Source of the DNA: Rebecca billardiae RCC1528
Lineage: Eukaryota > Protista > Haptophyta
DNA length: 64,000 bases
NCBI GenBank assembly: GCA_965240325.2
Contig: OZ251254.1
Coordinates: forward strand, 682,001 to 746,000
Direction of reading: 5' to 3'
Numbering within the stretch: position 1 is the first letter of the stretch; the number at the start of each line of letters is the position of its first letter. Shown here in pieces: positions 23,701-35,243 of this stretch. Made by a program: the position numbers and the translations under genes. The notes under the pieces were generated by a model. The model made no database searches and was not told the DNA's origin. It worked only from the letters and a program-made list of their open reading frames with translations.

Positions 23701-25484
23701 ATGAGCGACGCCGGCGCGGACGTGATGAAAAAGCCGCAGATCATCGAGCACGCGCGCAAGTCGGTGACCCAGACGGTCTACGAGACCCGCTGGGTCCCTT
23801 CCTCCGCGCGCTTCGTCGTGCTCGGCTCGCCGCCCCGCGGCTCGGGCCTGATTCAGATCTACTCGCTCAACAAGGGCGAGCTCGAGCTGCTGCACGAGGT
23901 CCGGCCGCACGCGCATCGGAGCGGGTGCGGAGGAGGGCAGATGGGCGGGATAGGCGGAGGAGCGGATCGATGTGCGCGTGGGCGAGCTCGACGCGCGGCC
24001 GCTCACGCCGTGCACGCCGTGCGCGCGCGCGCGCTCGCCCACGCGCCCCGCGCCCCGGCTCGGCGCCGCAGTCTGAGAAGAAGTCGCCGTTCAAGTGCGG
24101 CACTTTCGGCGCGTCGTCGCTCGCCGAGCGGCACCTGTCGACTGGCAACTTTGACGGCAAGCTCAACGTGTGGTACGCGCGCGACGCGCGCCACGCGCGC
24201 GCGCGCCGCGGCCGCGCGCGGCCGCCGGCTCACCGTGCGCCGGGGCGTGCGCGCGCGCGTGCCGTCGCGCCGTCGCGCCTCGCGCCTCGCGCAGGGACCT
24301 GGACCACCTGGACACGCCGGTCTTCACGGCGAGCGCGCACGAGGGGCTGATCAACTGCATCGACGGCGTCGGCGGCGTGCGCGGCGCGGGCGCGCCAGAG
24401 GTGGCGACGGGCGGGCGCGACGGCCGCGCGTGCGTGTGGGATTTGCGAGTGGACGGCGCGGCGGTGGCGGCGCTCGAGCCGACGGCGGGGGACGTGGCGC
24501 GGGACTGCTGGACCGTGGCGTTCGGCGACGCGCACTCCGCCGACGAGCGCGCCCTCGCCGCCGGGTACGACAACGGCGACGTGAAGCTGCTCGACCTCCG
24601 AGCCGGAAAAGTCCGGTGGGAGACCAACGTGCAGAACGGCGTGTGCGGGCTGCAGTTCGACCGGCCGGACATTCAGGCGAACAAGCTGGTGGTCACCACG
24701 CTCGAGTCGCGGTACCGCGTGTACGACATGCGCACGCACCACCCGGTGCTCGGCTACTCGATGCTCTCGCAGGTGCGCGCGCACGGCCGCCGCGCGGCCG
24801 TCGACAGCCGGCGCCGCCGCGCGCGCGCCGCGCTGGCTGGCCCCCGCCGCGGGCCGCCCCCCGCCTCCGCGCTCACACGGCCGCCGCCTGCCGCCGCCTG
24901 CCGCCGCCTGCCGCGCCCGCGCCCGCAGGAGGCGCACGAGTCGACCGTGTGGTCCGTCGCGCACCTGCCGCAGAACCGCGACGTGTTCATGACGTGCGGC
25001 GGCAACGGCTCGCTCGAGCTTTGGAAGTACGCCTACCCCGCGCAGCGCCGGGTGAAGGACAAGGTGCGGCGCAGCCGCGGAGACGCGCGGCGAAGCGCGG
25101 CCGCGCGCGGCGAAGCGCGGCGCGGCGCGCGCGTGCTCGGGTCGGCTGGCGGGCTGGCCGAGCGCCGGGCGCCGCGCGCCGAGCGCCGCGCGGGCTGCGC
25201 GCGCGGCTGCACCGCGCTGACCGCCGCCTGCCCTCCGCGCGTGCTCCGCGCTGCGCCGCTCCCCGCTCCCTCGGCGGTCCGCTCCCCCCCCCCACTCCTC
25301 CCCCTCGCAGGACGGGCACGAGAAGGGCGTGCTCGGCCAGGTGAGCCAGCTGCAGAAGGCGACGCTCTCGACGCAGCCCATCTCCTCCTTCGACTGGCAC
25401 GCGGACAAGGAGGGCCTGGCGGTGATGGGCGTGCTCGACCAGACGTTCCGGGTGGTGGCAGTCACAAAGCTGGGCAAGGTGTGA
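23701..25484 (+). CDS. WDR92: WD-repeat protein 92 / dynein axonemal assembly factor 10, 5 exons (introns 23899-24071, 24173-24294, 24773-24928, 25064-25310)
   Basis: KPQIIEH, WVPSSARFVVLG, KCGTFGASS, INCIDGVGG, RDCWTVAFG, AGYDNGDVKL, NGVCGLQFDR, HLPQNRDVF, STQPISSFDW are diagnostic WDR92 motifs. Confidence 0.95.
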
Positions 25485-25747
25485 CAGCGTGACGGCACAG
25501 GCCCACGGCCCCACGGTCTGGACGGCAGGCGTGCGCACGCCGAGTCGGTCGGCGCGCCCGCTGGGGGCCGGGGCGCTCCGCCGCGGCGCAGCACGTCAAC
25601 AGTGGCCGCGGGACGTGGACACGTGCCGCCCGCGCTCTCGGCCTGCTCGGCGACGTTGACGTTCCCGTCCGAGACTACCGAACCCCCCGACGATCACGAT
25701 GGCCCGACGAGGTCCGTTACGTCACACTACAGCTCGGGCGGGCGAGT

Positions 25748-25830
25748 AATATTATATATATATATACTATTAAGTATTATTTTAAATATATATTTTATTA
25801 TTATAATAATATAAATTATATTACTACTAA
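25748..25830. repeat. AT-rich low-complexity island between convergent genes
   Basis: About 80 bp almost entirely A/T with TA/TTA/TAA microrepeats. Confidence 0.85.
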
Positions 25831-26009
25831 GGCGCGTTTGCGCTGACGGCTGGCGGAGCCCTAGACGACTCGTCGTCTCAGTCATCATCGGCCGCATATA
25901 GGGGTCATCATCGCCAGCACATCAGTCGTCATCAGCAGGCGGTGCCCCAGGGCTCCGACGGTGGGCGCGTGCGGCGCGCGGCGCGCGCTAAGCAGCCGCG
26001 CGGCGGCCG

Positions 26010-27212
26010 TCACAACTCCGACTTGGCCGGCGGCGAGGGCTTCGCCTGCTTTTTCCCGCCGCCGCCCGCGCCACCGGCATCGAGCTCGGTCGCCAGCTTG
26101 AGCACCGCGTGCTTGGGCGTCGCGGTGACGTACGTGTACAGCCCCTCGACGAGCGCGAGCACGCGGCTGTCCGAGCCGTCCCTCCAACCGCCGCGCGGGG
26201 GCGGAGGCGCGCTGCCGTCGGCAGCGGCGGCGGCGGCGGCAGGGGTGGGCGAGGAGGGCGGCGGCGCGTCGGCGCCGTGGGTGCCCGGGCAGCTGTCCTC
26301 GAGGACGCGCGGCGTCTCCTTCGCCGACGCGCCGTATAGCAGCAGCGCGGGCGCGCACGCCTCCGCGCTCGGCTCGAGCAGCTCGCTGCCCCACGGCAGC
26401 GCCGCGCCGCCGTCGTCGTCGCCGCCGCCGCCGCCTGTTTTCGCGCCGCGCTTTTTGTTTTTGCTCTTCGAGGGCGCGAGGTCCCAGCGGTAGAAGGCGA
26501 GCGTGGCGTTGAGCAGCGCCGAGCGCGCGGAGGCGCGCGCGATCGCCTCCACCGCGCGGCTCAGCTCCGCGCCGCGCTCCCCCGCGCCGCCCGGCGGCGG
26601 GCGCACGAGCACGGCCACGTCGTGCGCCGAATCCAGGATGGCCGCCGACCAGTTGGTGGCGGCCACGGCGCGGAGGGCGGAGGGCGCGGCGGGCTTGGCG
26701 GGCGGCGGCGCGGCGCGGCCGGGCGCGGGCGAGGGTGGCGGCGCGGCCTGCGCGTCCGCCTTCTCGAGCAGCGCCGCCGCGCGCCCCGCGGCGCAGCCCT
26801 CCACCCGCGCCTCGCAGAAGTGCGCGGTGGTCCCGTCGAGGACGGCGCGGACGAGCTCGTCCTCGCCGTCCTCGCGCACGGCCTCGCACGCGCGCTTGCG
26901 CGAGGAGAGGGCGGGGAGCGCGCAGACCTTCTCCATCTCGTCCTCCACGCTCGAGTACAGGCTCGCGCCGTACTCCTGCTTCAGCCAGCGCTTCGTCTGC
27001 GCCTTCTGCACCTTGCCGATCGCCTCCGCCTTGGCGTCGCGGTGCTTGTCGAGCTCGGCGCGCGTCGAGGCGAGGGAGCCGAGGAGCGAGCGGGTGAGGA
27101 GCGCGCACGCGGTGCAGCGCTCGTCCGCGCTCGGCGCGGCGCCCGCCGCGGGAGCCGTGTACAGCACTAGCGGCAGCAGCAGCAGCAGCGCGGGCGGCGC
27201 GCCCGCGCGCAT
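26010..27212 (-). CDS. ER-lumenal canopy/saposin-like (DUF3456-type) protein with thioredoxin-like second domain, C-terminal KSEL
   Basis: Signal peptide; six-Cys saposin pattern CTAC...VC...ACE...FC...C; domain starting LRAVAATNWSAAILDSAHDVAVLV (PDI-type fold without CxxC); ends in KSEL. Confidence 0.75.
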   Translation of the reverse strand: MRAGAPPALLLLLPLVLYTAPAAGAAPSADERCTACALLTRSLLGSLASTRAELDKHRDAKAEAIGKVQKAQTKRWLKQEYGASLYSSVEDEMEKVCALPALSSRKRACEAVREDGEDELVRAVLDGTTAHFCEARVEGCAAGRAAALLEKADAQAAPPPSPAPGRAAPPPAKPAAPSALRAVAATNWSAAILDSAHDVAVLVRPPPGGAGERGAELSRAVEAIARASARSALLNATLAFYRWDLAPSKSKNKKRGAKTGGGGGDDDGGAALPWGSELLEPSAEACAPALLLYGASAKETPRVLEDSCPGTHGADAPPPSSPTPAAAAAAADGSAPPPPRGGWRDGSDSRVLALVEGLYTYVTATPKHAVLKLATELDAGGAGGGGKKQAKPSPPAKSEL

Positions 27213-27555
27213 GCTGGCTGGGCGTGCGACGCGATGCAGCACAGAGCGGCGTCGCGAAGCGCAGCCACCTCATCGTTCCGGGCGGGCCTCGGCGCAGGAC
27301 AAGTCCGGGGGCGAGCCCGTCGGTTTTCCGTTTTTGTGCCGCGGGGCGGTTTATTTGCTCTCAGGGAAGAATTCGTCGCGGACAACTGCTGCCAACGGTC
27401 GCGCCAGCGACGCCTCACTCTCAGCCAGTGAGCAGGGCATCAGCACTCCGAAGTGTCAGCGGCCGGCGACGGCAGCAGCCCGCCCAGTCTGGAAAGCGAC
27501 AGGCCACCACGGCGCGCCGTCTCTCACTCGTCACGCATCTGCGCGGGCGCCGACT

Positions 27556-29424
27556 TTACGCCGGCGAATAAGGCGGCGGAGGCAGCGGCGGAGACGGCGC
27601 GGGCTTCACGCTCACGCCGCGCACGGCTGTCGCCGTCGGCACGGGGACAACGACCATCACGCTCGGAGCGGAAGAGGCTGGCGCGTCTGCCGCGCCCGGC
27701 TCCGCAGGCGTACGAGCCGCGCCTGCCTCGCGCTGCCGCCGCCGCCGGCGCAGGAGCCACCACGCCCCGGCGCCACACAGCGCGAGGCCCACCGCGCCCC
27801 CCGCTGACAGCCCCACTAGCAGAGGCACGTCCGCGGCCGCGGCTGCGCCCTCCGACACGTAGGCAAAGCCACGCCCGCCAGCGCCGCGGTAGCAGGTGGC
27901 GTCTACCTGCTCCGCGCCCGCCCACGTGGTGCCCGGCGTGCCCGTGATCTCGGCCACTGCCATCATCCCCTCGTCCTCGTGCTCCAGCCGGTGGCAGTGC
28001 AGCACCTGCTCGCCCACGAACGTGTCAGCCTGGAAGCGAACGGTCGCGCCGTCGCCGCCCGGTGTGAGCAGTGTGTCGTGCCAGTCGCCTGTGCGCAGGT
28101 AGCCGTGCGCGCCCGGGTCGAGGCGGGTGATCTGGAAGGGGTTGATGTGCAGGTGGAAGGGGTGCCTGCCCACCCCGCGCAGCGTCCACTCGTGCACCGC
28201 GCCCACCGCCAGCTCCGTGATGGGCGCGTGGTCCGGTGCAAACCTCTCCCCGTTGATCTGACGGCCGCCCCCCAGCGCCACCTCGAACGAGCTCGCCACG
28301 CTCGCGGAGGCGTGGGAGCCGGTGAGGTCGACGAGGTAGCACGGGCGCGTGACGGCGAAGGACGGGAGGTCCGCCGTGGCCTCCGGCTCCCCACTCACCT
28401 CCACGCTGAGCACGCTCCCCGTCCACAGCCCGCCCCCACCGCCGCGGCCGCCGCGGCGCCCATCACCCTGCAGCGCGCGGCCGCGCTCGCCGCCGCTGCG
28501 GAGGCTGTAGGAGCCCGCCGCTCGGCATCGCAGTGCGTAGTCCGCGCGCGCGCCGGGGTACATGAGCACCGTCTCCACGGCGCGCGGCGCCACCGCGAGG
28601 TAGACGCCGTCCTTCGCGAGCAGCCCGATCTCGCAGCCGGGCAGCGCGAGCTCCAGCCGGGACTCGACGGCCGCATACAGCGTGCGCCAGCGGTACCACC
28701 GGCCCGCGCGCAGTCGCACGACCGGCTCGAACTGGCCGTTGGCGAGCATGGCGTCGACGTGCTCGCCCGAGACGCGGTGCAGCTCGCCGCCCGCGCGGCG
28801 CTCGATCCCCGCGAGCACCTCCGTGTCCACGTGCGTGAGCACGAGCACCACCTCCTCGAGCGAGCCCAGCTCGGGCGGCAGCTCCCCCGGCGCGTCCTCC
28901 ACAATCAGCATGCCCGCCGCGCCGCCGCCGGCCTGCACCGCGGTGGAGCCGTGGTGGTGCGGGTGGTACCAGTGCGTGCCGCCCATGTGGAACGCGGGGA
29001 TCGCGTACTCGTACTCGAACGACTCGCCCGGCTCGACCTGCACGAAGACGCTGTCGGCGGGCGCGGCGCTCGACACGTGAAGACCGTGCGTGTGCAGGTT
29101 GGTCGTGTTCACGTCGCCGAGCTCGTTGTGGCCCGTGCTCGACGCGCCGTTGGCGCCGAGCTCGTTCGACAGCGTGACGTGCACCGCGTCGCCCGCCCGC
29201 ACGCGCAGCGTCGGCCCGGGGATGGCGCCGTCGAAGCCGCGCGTCCAGAAGGACGCGCCCGACGGCGCGTTGTACTCGAGCGCGCTCAGGGCGAGGTCGA
29301 CGCGGAGCGTGCCGTCAGACGACGCGTGCGAGGGCGGCGGCGAGAGGTCGGCGTTGCGCGCGGAGTAGTCGATGCCCGCGACGCAGACGCCCAGGGTGGC
29401 GAGCACGAGCGTGCGCACGCGCAT
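27556..29424 (-). CDS. Membrane-anchored three-domain multicopper oxidase
   Basis: Signal peptide; IPGPTLRV; Cu motifs TNLHTHGLH, WYHPH, HPFHLH, HCHRLEHEDEGMM; C-terminal TM helix plus RRRRR stop-transfer; intronless. Confidence 0.93.
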   Translation of the reverse strand: MRVRTLVLATLGVCVAGIDYSARNADLSPPPSHASSDGTLRVDLALSALEYNAPSGASFWTRGFDGAIPGPTLRVRAGDAVHVTLSNELGANGASSTGHNELGDVNTTNLHTHGLHVSSAAPADSVFVQVEPGESFEYEYAIPAFHMGGTHWYHPHHHGSTAVQAGGGAAGMLIVEDAPGELPPELGSLEEVVLVLTHVDTEVLAGIERRAGGELHRVSGEHVDAMLANGQFEPVVRLRAGRWYRWRTLYAAVESRLELALPGCEIGLLAKDGVYLAVAPRAVETVLMYPGARADYALRCRAAGSYSLRSGGERGRALQGDGRRGGRGGGGGLWTGSVLSVEVSGEPEATADLPSFAVTRPCYLVDLTGSHASASVASSFEVALGGGRQINGERFAPDHAPITELAVGAVHEWTLRGVGRHPFHLHINPFQITRLDPGAHGYLRTGDWHDTLLTPGGDGATVRFQADTFVGEQVLHCHRLEHEDEGMMAVAEITGTPGTTWAGAEQVDATCYRGAGGRGFAYVSEGAAAAADVPLLVGLSAGGAVGLALCGAGAWWLLRRRRRQREAGAARTPAEPGAADAPASSAPSVMVVVPVPTATAVRGVSVKPAPSPPLPPPPYSPA

Positions 29425-29760
29425 GGCGAGATGGCGCGACGCTCGGCCGGGCACGCAAGGACGCTCGTTCGTCGTCGCGAGCGAAAGCGCGGTTTCCGCG
29501 ACATGTCGCTCTCGCCTCTGCCCTCTGGCGATCGCCAGCTACTAGTCTACTATACTCCGACAGTAGGGGGGTAAAGTTCGTCAGTAGTCGTTTACTCAGC
29601 AGTACTGTATGTATGATGATACAGTACACAGACGTACAGTCACTGTACAGTGTCAGTAGGAACAGGCTGCGCTCACGAGACACGACGTACGTCACACGAG
29701 TCTCAGACTCATATAGCATTAGCAGCGACGATGATGTCACGATGAGTCTCAGCCGCCAGT

Positions 29761-29870
29761 CTGTACTCATTATTATTCGTCTATGATTTAACGACACAGG
29801 TAGGACGACGCGGGTCTCCTGATTCGTCGGCGGCAGTGCCCGATCGTCGACACGAAGTCGGCGCTGGTGG
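29761..29870 (+). repeat. Dispersed repeat family A, long copy
   Basis: About 100 bp near-identical to the reverse complement of 42461-42562. Confidence 0.9.
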
Positions 29871-30515
29871 CAGAGCATAGCCTGCACCGCGATATCGTAA
29901 ATAAGCTCGAGCGCGGCCTTGAGCTGCTGAAGCGCGATCCTGACCTGCGCTGGCGCGGCTGAGTCGCCGGCTCGCATGGACCTGCTGTGCGGTGTCGGGT
30001 GTGCCCCGAGCACTACTCCAGCAGTACTCGTCGACGATGATGTTATTTCATTATTATATTATATATATATATTATTCGGTGATTATCAGTTCTTATATTC
30101 CGAAATGTTTGGCACATATATTGTTTGGCGCCGTCGACGCCCCCTGCCTCGACCGTCGACCGGGTGGCGGGTGCCGGCGCACAGACGCGCACTCAGCGAG
30201 CGCCGCTGACTCAGCCCAACCGGTGACAGCAGCGGCATCAGTGAGCCGGCCCGTATGGACGACGAAGTGCTGACGGCGCTAACAGTCCCGGGCCCCATTA
30301 TCAGCGCGGCAGCGCAGCCTGTCGCCCCGTCCCCCTGCCGAGTGCCGCGCAGCGCCCGCCCCGGCGCCGCGCGAGCAGCCGACCAGTCTGCTGACCAGCC
30401 GGCGGCTCGGGGCCCAGCGGCCGCGCCGCCGTGCCCCGCCCATCGCCGCCGCTCACACCGACGGCGCTTCGGCGCGGCCGGCGGCAGCCCCAACCAGCCG
30501 CCTACCCAAGGGTGC

Positions 30516-33473
30516 CTACCCCTGCTGCTGCGGCGGGTTGATCTTAATCATGTCGTCGATGCGCAGGATGCTGACCGCCGCCTCGGTGGAGAACTGAATG
30601 ATCTTCACCTTTGAGAGGCTCGGCTCCAGCACGCCCTCCGCCACGTTGTCCACCACCAGTCTGCGCCACCGAGCACGCACGCGGCGGGAGGGGCACGTCA
30701 GCCCCCGCTGAGAACCCGGCGGCAGCGGGCGCACGCGCGCGTGTACCCGCGCGGCACTCGCAGCGGCCGGTGCACGGCGCGCGCACACGCACACGCACGC
30801 GCGCGCGCGCATGCGTGGCGCTCTGCGCGCGCACCCTTCGTACACGTTGAGGCCTGTGCGCGCGAGCGCCGCCTTGGAGGCGTCCGTCTGCGCCTTGTGG
30901 TGCTTGGCGCGCAGCTTGGCGACGAGGTCGGTGGCGTCGCACGCGCCGTTGATCGCGAGCTGCTTCGGGATCACGAGCAGCGCGTCGGCAAACGCCGCGA
31001 CCGCCAGCTGCTCGCGCGTGCCGAGCGTGAGCGAGAAATTCTCCAGGTAGATCGACAGGGCCGCCTCCACCGCGCCGCCGCCGGGCACGACGGAGTTGGA
31101 CTCGAGCACGCGCTTCACCACGCACAGCGCGTCGTGCAGGGAGCGCTCGAGCTCGCCGAGCAGGTGCTCGTTGGCGCCGCGCAGCAGCACGGAGCACGCC
31201 TTGCTCATCTGCGCACGCCGGGGCCGGGGCGCACACAGCGGGCGCACAGCGGGGCGCACTCAGCGGGCGCACAGCGGGGCGCACTCAGGCGGCACGCCGG
31301 AGGGAGGGTGTGCGGTCGGGACCGGCGGCGGGCGGCGGTGTGCGTGCGCGCGGTGCGGTGCGCGTGCGCGCACCTTGGCCCCCTTGATGACGATCATGTC
31401 GTCGTCCGCCACGCGCTCCTCGCTCACCAGCTCCGCGTGCCCGAGCATCGCCGGGTCAAAGGACTCGTCACCTTCCATGTTGACGAGCGTGGTCATCAGC
31501 GTGCCGCCCGTCAGCTTGGCGATGCGGCGCAGGTCCTCGCGCTTCACGCGGCGGCACGCGATCGCGCCCGCCTCGACAAAGTACTTGAGCGCCATGTCGT
31601 CGATCCCCTTGGTGGTCAGCACCACGTTGGCGCCCGCCGCGATCAGCAGCTTGATCCGCTCCGCCGTGATGTCCAGCTCCTTCTGCCTGATCTTGTCCAG
31701 CTCCGCCGGGTCGTTGACGAGTACGGAGACGCCCATGTGCATCTTGGCCTTGCGCAGGTCGATGTCGAGGAGCGCGATGCGCGCGTTGGGCACGGCGGTG
31801 GGCATGCCCTGCGCCGCGCGGCCCATCGTGAGCGCGTACCCGTTGAGCAGCTGCGAGTCCTTGGCGCTCTGGCCGTGCTGCTGCATGATGCCCACAGACT
31901 TGACGGGGTAGCGCGGCCGCCCGTCCTCGCCCACCACCTTGACCGACAGCATGGCGTCCACCGCCATCTTGGCGAAGAAGTCCTGCGCGCGGAGGGAGGG
32001 GGCGGCGTGGCGCGGGGTGGCGCGGTGGTCAGCTGGGCTGGGCGCACAGCACGGCCGGCCGGCGGGCCGGGGCGCGGGAGTGCGGAGTGCGCGCCCAGGG
32101 CCGCGTGTGCCCGGGGCTCTTGCTGTGGCATGGGGCGCGGCCTGGCCGCTGAGAGCGGCCGCGGGTGGCCCCGCGCTCGCGCAGCCGGCCGGCTGGCCAG
32201 ACAGCCAGGTGTCAGAGCGGCGCGCACGTCGCGCCCAATGTCCCCACGGCCGCGGGCCGCCCGCCCGCCCGCCGCGGGGCGCGCGGCGCAGCGGGCGGCG
32301 CGTGCGCGCGCGGTGCTGGCGCGCGCGGTGCTGGCGCGCGCGGTGCTGGCGCGCGCGCTCACCGTGTCCTTGCCAAAGATCTTCGAGTTGAGGCACGTCT
32401 TGGCGCACTGCAGCAGCGTCTCCGGGCCGAGGGACGCCGTCTTGATCGAGAGCGCCTCCTTGATGTACTTCACTGCGCGAGCGAGCGGAGGGCGGCGCGG
32501 CGGGGCAGCAGCGGCGGCCGCGGCGGCAGCGGCGGCAGCGCCGGTTGAGGCGCGGCAGCGCCGGTTGAGGCGCGGACGGTGAGGCGGCGGGCACGCGCGC
32601 GCGCGCGCGCGCGCGGCGCGGACGGCTCGCGGCGCGGGCGCGCGCGCGCGCGCACCCGACTCCTTCATCGCCAGCCGGTACCCCGACATGATCGTCGTCG
32701 GGTGGATCCCGTCCTTGACCAGCTCGTTCGCCCTCTGAGCACGCGAGGGCGCGGCACGCGAGGGCGCGGGGCGTGCCGCAGCCGCGGGGGAGCGCGGCGC
32801 GCGCGGAGAGGCGGCGGCGGATGGGGCACGGCGGCGTGTGCCGAGGGCGCGCGCGCGGGTGAGCGCGCGGATGACGCGCGCCGAGCACGCCGCGCGGCCA
32901 CGCCACCCGCCGCGGCCGCGGCCGCGCGTGCCGGCGGCGCTTTGCGCTGCGCCGCACCCGTAGCAGCTCAGCGGCAACGATGACGACGGAGGTGGTGCCG
33001 TCGCCGACCTCCTTGTCCTGCAGCTCGGAGAGCTCGACGAGCACGCGCGCCGCCGGGTGCTCCACCTCGAGCTGCTTCAGGATCGTCGCGCCGTCGTTGG
33101 TGATCGTCACGTCGCCGATGTCGTCGACAAGCATCTTGTCGAGCCCGCACGGACCGAGCGAGGTCTTGACGATGTTGGCGATCGAGATGGCGGCGGTGAC
33201 TGCGCGGGAGGGGAGCGTGCAGGTCGCGAGCCGCGCGCGCGCGCGCGAGCGCGTGAGCCGCGCGCGTGCGGGCGCCGATGCGTGTGCGCGCGCCGCGTGG
33301 CCTGCGCGTGCCGCCGCCGGGCGCGCCCGGCGCGCGCGCGCCGCGCGGCGGGCGCGCGCGGGCCGGGCGCGCGCGGCGGGATGGGCGCGTGGGCGCGCGC
33401 ACGGACCATTCTGCGTGCGCACGTCCTGCCCCGTCGTGCGCTCGCCGTCGATCATCAGCTTCGAGTCCGCCAT
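30516..33473 (-). CDS. TCP1: T-complex protein 1 subunit alpha (CCT1), 7 exons (introns 33200-33406, 32735-32957, 32473-32655, 31983-32362, 31209-31373, 30661-30834)
   Basis: [96 protein letters not shown]. Confidence 0.97.
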
Positions 33474-33785
33474 CGCTGCTGCCTGCACGCGCAACGACTC
33501 AACCGCCCGCGCTGCTGCTACCGGCGCACGCTCGTGGAGGCTCGCGCAGCGGCCGTGAGCGTCCGGGCTCAACTGCCCGCCAAGTCCTGGAGCTCTGCAA
33601 GCTCTCCCAGCCGCCATCGCCGATTGAAAGCTGCTCCGCTTGGGTCGGAGACTCGGAGTGCCGCACGCACGCGTTCGGCGTGCTCGCGCGCGCATCGCGC
33701 CGTCCCGCGCGAGCCCCTCCACCGCCCGGCTCCGCCTCGCCCGCGCCCACGCCTCGCCCGGCGCACGGCGTGGCCGGCCCCCAGC

Positions 33786-34451
33786 ATGGCGGACGAGGGC
33801 GCACCCGCGCCGGGCTCGCACAAGCGCAAGGTGGCGGATGACCCGGCCGCGCGCGGCCTGCGCTCGGCGCCGGCGCACAAGGTGCGCCGTCCGAGCCTCG
33901 AGGGCGACGAGCTGCTTCCCGACGCCGCCGAGCCCGCCCAGCCGCTCGCGGCGGGCGAGCAGCCGGCGGGCGTCGACACGGCGACGGACGCCGAGGCGGC
34001 GCAGGCCGCGCCCGAGCCGGAGCCGGAGGGCGCGCCCGCCGCCGCTGCCGCCGCCTCGCTCGAGGACCTGACGCTCAAGTGCGTCGAGTGCACGGAGAAC
34101 TTCGTGTTCAGCGGCGAGGAGCGCGCGTTCTACCTCGCCACCTTCCGCCGCGACACGCTCCCGCAGCGCTGCAAGAAGTGCCGCCAGGCCAAGAAGAAGC
34201 GGTTCGCCGATTACAAGGCGGCACACCCGCCGGCCGAGGGCGGCGGCGGCGGCGGCCGAGGGCGCGGGCGCGGCGCGGACGGCCGCGGCGAGGGCGAGCG
34301 CGGCGAGGGCGAGCGCGGCGAGGGCGAGCGCGGGCGCGGCGGGCGCGGTGGTTTCGACGGGCGCGGGCGAGGGCGTGGCGACGGCGGCGAGCGCGGCGCC
34401 GCGCCCACCGGACTCCGCTTCGGCCGCGGCGGCGGCCGCTTTGTCGGCTGA
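33786..34451 (+). CDS. Zinc-ribbon (zf-trcl/PF13451-like) protein with RGG-rich tail
   Basis: [24 protein letters not shown]...PQRCKKCR followed by GRGRG, (GEGER)x3 and RGG repeats. Confidence 0.85.
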   Translation: MADEGAPAPGSHKRKVADDPAARGLRSAPAHKVRRPSLEGDELLPDAAEPAQPLAAGEQPAGVDTATDAEAAQAAPEPEPEGAPAAAAAASLEDLTLKCVECTENFVFSGEERAFYLATFRRDTLPQRCKKCRQAKKKRFADYKAAHPPAEGGGGGGRGRGRGADGRGEGERGEGERGEGERGRGGRGGFDGRGRGRGDGGERGAAPTGLRFGRGGGRFVG

Positions 34452-35164
34452 GCCGTGCGCGCGCTGAGCAGCTGAGCAGCTGAGCGTGCACGTGCACGCC
34501 GGGGCACGGCGCCGCCACCGAGCGCGCGCGTGAGCGGGCTGTCCGGCGGGGCGCGCCTTTCGCCACCCGGCGTCTCGTCGGGCGTGCGCGCGGCCAGTCC
34601 GTGCGGCCGTGCCACTACCACCTGTGGCTGTGGCGGTGACGACCGGCTTCCGATCTCACGAGGCAATACACAGCTGGTCAGCTGGGCATCGGCCCGATGC
34701 CGCAATCTCCGAATCTCCGATCTCGCCAGTCGTCGTCCCACTCCCCGCTGCGATAGCAGGCCGCGGCGCGCCGCCGATGCCCGCGACCGCATGCATCCGG
34801 GATTCGGGGTGACTTCATCGCCGTGATCGACGCCGGCGAACTGCGCGCGCCGAGTCCCACTCCCAGGGCACGACTGACGAATTCTCCTGTGCTCGGGCAG
34901 CCGTGCGGCGGGGCGTGACGGGCATTCACTTTCAGGAGTCGGCCAGTGTGAGTGACCGGGGCCCACGGGCACGGTCTCGGCCTCGGAACCGGGTCTGCCG
35001 CCGGCGGAGCCCGAGCAGCGGGCGACGAGCAGAAGAAATCAAGAATTACAGATTACTCAAGAATGCCATCAAGAATGCTCAGGACGACGACGTACGATTC
35101 TATATTCGCTCTGACTACGCCACTGAGTACTGCTCGTCCGCTTAGATGTGCTGATCTGATGATT

Positions 35165-35243
35165 CAATTCATCATCATATTATAATATTATATATATTAT
35201 AAATAATATAATATTAATAATGTATATATATTATTCATATTAT
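35165..35243. repeat. AT-rich low-complexity island
   Basis: TA/TAA/ATT microrepeats. Confidence 0.8.

Noticed and set aside
16544-33473. Apparent ciliary/chaperone cluster (IFT43, WDR92, CCT1)
   Set aside because: Interspersed with unrelated genes on both strands; co-location is plausible by chance in a gene-dense flagellate genome.
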